A stretch of 62,693 nucleotides of DNA, counting the filler, from Globobulimina sp. (taxonomy: Eukaryota): assembly GCA_003354225.1 (NCBI GenBank). It is 24 parts of 24 records of this genome, joined end to end, with 100 filler letters (N's around TTAATTAATTAA, not from the genome) between each part and the next. Parts side by side here need not be neighbours in the genome. Positions count along the whole stretch, not along the records: positions 60,180 to 62,693 come from PIVH01006233.1; 23 more parts are not named here. One strand, written 5' to 3'. Shown here one piece after another: positions 60,193-62,693 of this stretch (positions within the stretch are counted from its first letter, which is position 1; each line of letters opens with the position of its first letter). A program made the translations under genes and the position numbers. Under the pieces are notes generated by a model. It was not told where the DNA came from, ran no database searches, and was given only the letters and a program-made list of their open reading frames with translations.

Positions 60193-61366
60193 TTAGATGA
60201 TTTCAACGTCATGCATCGGAAAGCCTAGATATTGTTTCATAGCTTCATATATGGTCCATGTGATGGCAGCCGATGGAGCCATATACATAGCTCTGGCAGT
60301 GGCACCACTAAAAAATATCCTATATGGTTTATCCTTATTTTTTATCATTATCTTCCGAATGGTTTTTTTTATGGGTATATAGCCACTCTTTTTATGAATT
60401 TGTATGTGCGTTTTTATCAAATCCAAGGGATTGCTCACAAATCCAGCAATCCCGCCAGCAATGCCACCAGCAATCAAATGATGCAACCAATTTTCCTCCG
60501 ATTCTAAAATGGTATCTCTTAACAATATTTTTGAGCTTTCATAAACCGCAAAATTCGTTGAAAAAGTCGGTATATTTAATAAAACAGTCACTGGATATGA
60601 CCGAAAAAAGGATATAGATCCTTCTTTGTTCAATGTTTCAAAAGCACAGGAACACACATTAGGATATGGACAATTTTTTAGTTGCATTCTTTGCTTGACC
60701 ACATCGAAGGGAGTCACTATCAAATCATGCGCCATGGCGGCAAAGGCCCCGCTTAAAGCTATCTTAAATGGATGTAATCCTCCTTGTGCTCCTAACTTAT
60801 ATTTACTAAATTCATAAGCTCCAAAATACATTCCATGCTGTACAGTACAACAATGTCAGAGCAGACATACCAACACAGAAACATAGAATAGTTATTAATA
60901 ACAGTTAATACATACAGATGGCACAGCAGCAACGACCACGGCTGGCCAGCCACGAAAGAGATTTCTTAGTGCGGTGGCTGTGGGGGTTGGTCGTTCATTG
61001 ACAATCTATATAATTATGATGAGTGTATTTTGCATGTCAGAGAGGATGAATAGTGGCCAGGTCCCTGGATAAAGAGTACTGTACCTGTTTGAATGTATTG
61101 ATGAATGATATTGGTGGCAGCATTCTGTTTTTAGCAGCCTGCTGCATTCTGGTTTTAGCGTGGTCGATGGGATACAATAATGAATGTTCACATAGACCCG
61201 CAATTGAACCGGCGAGACCTGCTCGCCACCAACGACTAGTTTCAAGTGATTCGACATCAAATTCAAATAAGAAGGAGGTGCCTTTGTTGTTTGCGTTGTT
61301 GTCTGTTTGGAGAGTAGTTGTGGTTGGTACAACAACTGTTGCTGATGATGTTGCTGTTGATCCCAT
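60193..61366 (-). CDS. Mitochondrial carrier, mitoferrin (MRS3/4)-like
   Basis: AGLCEHSLLYPIDHAKTRMQ, AVPSHGMYFGAYE, AHDLIVTPFDVVKQRMQ, FFRSYP, NPLDLIKT. Introns 61006-61084 and 60838-60915. Confidence 0.9.
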
Positions 61367-61515
61367 TTTTAATTAATTTAAATAATGAGTAGATGGGTGC
61401 AAGGATAACTAATGATAAATAAAGTTATTTTCTTGTTTGGTCAAGACAGGATGGTTTGATGTAAGTTGAAGTTGAACTGAAGCAACAAATATTTCAAAAC
61501 TTCTACAGTGCTAGA

Positions 61516-62693
61516 ATGGACAATGATGTTTCAGAGTTGTTAGAAAATTGGAGATGGGAAGAAGCAAGACACTATGATGGGAAATATGAGCTTGATTATT
61601 CAAATGAATTAAACAATAATAATGACACATATGATCCGCAATATTATAATTACAGTTATAGCGAATGGAGAAAATGTAGATCTTATTACAGGACATCAAC
61701 GGATAAACATTATAAAGATTTTATCGTCACATTAATGCCATTACGACATGGCTACCATCCATCATTACATCCAAATGCTGAATCACAAAATAAAATATAT
61801 TCAACTATTCGTCAATGCATATCTGCAAACATACCCTGTACTCATTTATTAGTCGGCACATTATATTCTTCCTATCATTTAGTGTCACCATATATGTTAC
61901 CAACATTAAAATATTTATTAACAACATATAAATGCGATATTAATTTTGCTGTTACCAGTATTTCCAATCCACGATATACTGTGGCTCATATTGCTGCAAT
62001 GTCGAATGATGTGGAACTGTTAGAAATATTATATGATTTAGGCGGTAATATTAATGTTATTGATGGCAGCAAATTTAGTCCGCTGTATATCTCTTTGGGG
62101 AAAAGAAATTTCAAAGCGGCACATTGCTTATTATGGATGAATGCAGTCATTGATGAAAAGAAAACAGTTAAAAAGTTCTCCAATTTTGGATTACGACATT
62201 TAATGAATGTCGTTGCATGTTTGCAACATTTTTTATTTGAAATTGATATTTGTATCAATGCAGTTTATAAAGCACTGCAATTAAATCGATATCCAAGCTC
62301 AAATTCAGAAATTGATATAAATAATGATATTATTCAAAGTATTTTAGCGTTTGTTTTACCGGTTCAATCCTATCAAAGTGTTAAACGTTTATTAAAACAA
62401 TATGAAAAGAGTGAGATTAAGGATATTAAAATTCCATTTTCCATTGTTATGGAGGAGGCGGAACGATGTTTATCATCATTGATTGTGTTAAAAAAACAAC
62501 TTATATCAACACAAAAAACAATTGGGAATGGAAATGGAATGGATAAATTATATCCCTTTGGCCAGGTTGATAATAGTAAAAATAATCAAAGCTTTGTGAA
62601 TAAAATGATTTTATGCAATTTATTTGAGTTATCAATGAGTGATGGCGATATGTACAAGGCAGAAAAATGGAGAAAAAAAATTAAATCCGTATT
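61516..62693 (+). CDS. Ankyrin-repeat protein, 3'-partial (absent from the ORF track because it has no stop)
   Basis: Frame open from ATG 61516 to the window end; TVAHIAAMSNDVELLEILYDLGGNIN...SPLYISL. Confidence 0.8.
   Translation, partial: MDNDVSELLENWRWEEARHYDGKYELDYSNELNNNNDTYDPQYYNYSYSEWRKCRSYYRTSTDKHYKDFIVTLMPLRHGYHPSLHPNAESQNKIYSTIRQCISANIPCTHLLVGTLYSSYHLVSPYMLPTLKYLLTTYKCDINFAVTSISNPRYTVAHIAAMSNDVELLEILYDLGGNINVIDGSKFSPLYISLGKRNFKAAHCLLWMNAVIDEKKTVKKFSNFGLRHLMNVVACLQHFLFEIDICINAVYKALQLNRYPSSNSEIDINNDIIQSILAFVLPVQSYQSVKRLLKQYEKSEIKDIKIPFSIVMEEAERCLSSLIVLKKQLISTQKTIGNGNGMDKLYPFGQVDNSKNNQSFVNKMILCNLFELSMSDGDMYKAEKWRKKIKSV

Overview
This is not a continuous locus. It is 24 short contigs of 2518 down to 2514 bp, sorted by length and joined by artificial 100-nt spacers (N44-TTAATTAATTAA-N44). 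Most contigs are AT-rich, gene-dense eukaryotic DNA with short GT-AG introns and the standard genetic code. The gene families look like those of a rhizarian, foraminifer-like protist (inference). Recognisable genes include a Vint-type Hint protein, a C2H2 zinc finger, a divergent myosin with two motor domains in tandem, RCC1, an RBR E3 ligase, two RasGEF parts, a HAD protein, Dpy-30, SWSAP1-like and MED1-like proteins, TPR, bZIP, PAP2, HlyIII/PAQR, E(z)/EZH2, SMARCAL1, mitoferrin and ankyrin. Mobile DNA includes a decayed Ty3/gypsy RT, a Helitron-like 3' end, an odd Gag/protease-like ORF and a BEL/Pao gag-pol. One contig joins gammaproteobacterial DNA (porin-like gene, Zur box, ABC ATPase) to a eukaryotic gene. 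Several other contigs also join gene fragments abruptly, which suggests amplification or assembly chimeras, so neighbourhood-based inferences need caution. The best novelty candidates are the tandem degenerate myosin motors, the Hint protein lacking the usual Vwaint extein, the double-knuckle retropepsin ORF and the MED1-like gene. All family assignments come from motif recognition by eye; no searches were run.
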